Virus genome (UHGV): UHGV-1340863
Origin: a virus
DNA length: 20,038 bases
Direction: 5' to 3' (one strand)
This document shows, piece after piece, positions 14,921 to 20,038 of the stretch. The notes below the pieces were generated by a model. The model was not told the DNA's origin and made no database searches. It saw only the letters and a program-made list of their open reading frames with translations. The position numbers and the translations under genes were made by a program. Every line of letters begins with the position of its first letter. The first letter of the stretch is position 1.

Positions 14921-15614
14921 CCGGGACTGCAGTGTTTCCCGGACATCATCCGGTAGATGGCTGTAGGGGTTGCCATCCACCTTATGGCTGCCGCTGTAAA
15001 TCAGCGTGATTTCCACGCCCTGTTTCTCCAGCGCAGCACCGTAATTACTGTGAGCCATCATGACGCCGATGGAGCCTGTCCGGGCGGTCTGCGTGACCAG
15101 ACGTCGGGAGGCGGCGCTGGCAAGCAACTGACCTGCACTGCAGTTCATGTCGTTGGCCAGCGCCCATACCGGCTTTATGTCACGCACACGGGCGATGATG
15201 TCAGCGCAGTCAAATGCCCCTGCCACCATCCCGCCTGGCGTATCCATATCGAGCAGAATGCCGTCCACCATCGGGTCGCTGGCAGCCTGTTGCAGACGGG
15301 CGATAATGCCGTTGTAACCGGTCATCCCCGAATACGGCTGCAGCGCTCGCGTCCGACTGACCAGCGTGCCGGACACCGGCAGCACGGCGATGCCGTTCAT
15401 GACCTGATAACTGCGGGCCTGTCGTGGTCCGTCATCATCAACGGATAACGCCAGCGCCGCGGGTGCCTCTCCGGCAGTCAGGCTGTCGCCGGATACCGCA
15501 TCCGTCAGGCGGCTGATCCCAAGCTGGCCTGCAAGCGCACAAAAGAAAACCCGCGCATAGGCGGGTTCAAGCATCAGCGGCTCATTAAAGGCCATACTGG
15601 CAATATGCGGGAGA

Positions 15615-15634
<20 letters not shown>
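14315..15634 (-). CDS. C: Capsid assembly protease C (GTG start)
   Basis: Matches lambda gpC from (V)TAELRNLPHIASMAFNEP... to ...NDLLNTPV; 439 codons when started at GTG 15632-15634, which has a GGAGG SD upstream. The longer track ORF is an upstream in-frame extension overlapping B. Confidence 0.9.
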
Positions 15635-19315
<3,681 letters not shown>

Positions 19316-19341
<26 letters not shown>

Positions 19342-19861
19342 TCAGCAACCCCGGTATCAGTTCATCCAGCGCGGCTGCTTTGTTCATGGCTTTGATGATA
19401 TCCCGTTTCAGGAAATCAACATGTCGGTTTTCCAGTTCCGGAAAACGCCGCTGCACCGACAGGGGGATCCCGTCGAGAATACTGGCAATTTCACCTGCGA
19501 TCCGCGACAGCACGAAAGTACAGAATGCGGTTTCCACCACTTCAGCGGAGTCTCTGGCATTTTTCAGCTCCTGTGCGTCGGCCTGCGCACGCGTAAGTCG
19601 ATGGCGTTCGTACTCAATAGTCCCTGGCTGGAGATCTGTCTCGCTGGCCTGTCGCAGTTCTTCAACCTCCCGGCGCAGCTTTTCGTTCTCAATTTCAGCA
19701 TCCCTTTCGGCATACCATTTTATGACGTCGGCAGAGTCATAAAGCACCTCATTACCCTTCCCACCGCCTCGCAGAACGGGCATTCCCTGCTCCTGCCAGT
19801 TCTGAATAGTACGGATACTCGCGCCGAAAATGTCAGCCAGCTGCTTTTTGTTGACTTCCAT
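19316..19861 (-). CDS. Nu1: Terminase small subunit Nu1
   Basis: 181 aa, MEVNKKQLADIFGASIRTIQNWQEQGMPVLRGGGKGNEVLYDS... matches lambda gpNu1, with the usual overlap into A. Confidence 0.93.
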
Positions 19862-20038
19862 TGTTCATTCCACGGACAAAAACAGAGAAAGGAAACGACA
19901 GAGGCCAAAAAGCCCGTTTTCAGCACCTGTCGTTTCCTTTCTTTTCAGGGAGTGTTTTAAATAAAAACATTAAGTTACGGCGAAGAAGAACGGAAACGCC
20001 TTAAACCGGAAAATTTTCATAAATAGCGAAAACCCGCG
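19862..20038 (-). other. Helper cosB region (Nu1-binding R sites and IHF site); window ends at the edge of cosN
   Basis: Reverse complement reads CGCGGGTTTTCGCTATTTATGAAAATTTTCCGGTTTAAGGCGTTTCCGTTCTTCTTCG...GAAAGGAAACGACAGG..., matching the left end of the lambda genome just after the 12-nt cohesive end GGGCGGCGACCT (from memory). Confidence 0.85.

Overview
The window is the head and packaging module of a lambda-like prophage on the minus strand (G-start, V, U, Z, FII, FI ... E, D, C/Nu3, B, W, A, Nu1, cosB), with proteins near-identical to phage lambda as I recall them. Its major capsid gene E is cut cleanly after codon 82 by a ~10.7 kb integrative satellite/PICI-like element (about 2945-13671). 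The element carries a P4-type tyrosine integrase with an AlpA-family gene, a regulated replication module (operator repeats, three small ORFs, SF3 helicase/primase, a GGTGAACAG iteron origin, SSB), its own diverged E-like capsid and D-like decoration genes, and a second lambda-type cos site. It also carries two AT-rich cargo genes: a 380-aa TIR-domain protein with an unassigned C-terminal domain (the best candidate for an undescribed anti-phage system) and a 178-aa multi-TM membrane protein. A 100-N scaffold gap (2492-2591) hides the E C-terminus and FI N-terminus. All calls rest on reading the translations and repeats by eye; no database search was run.
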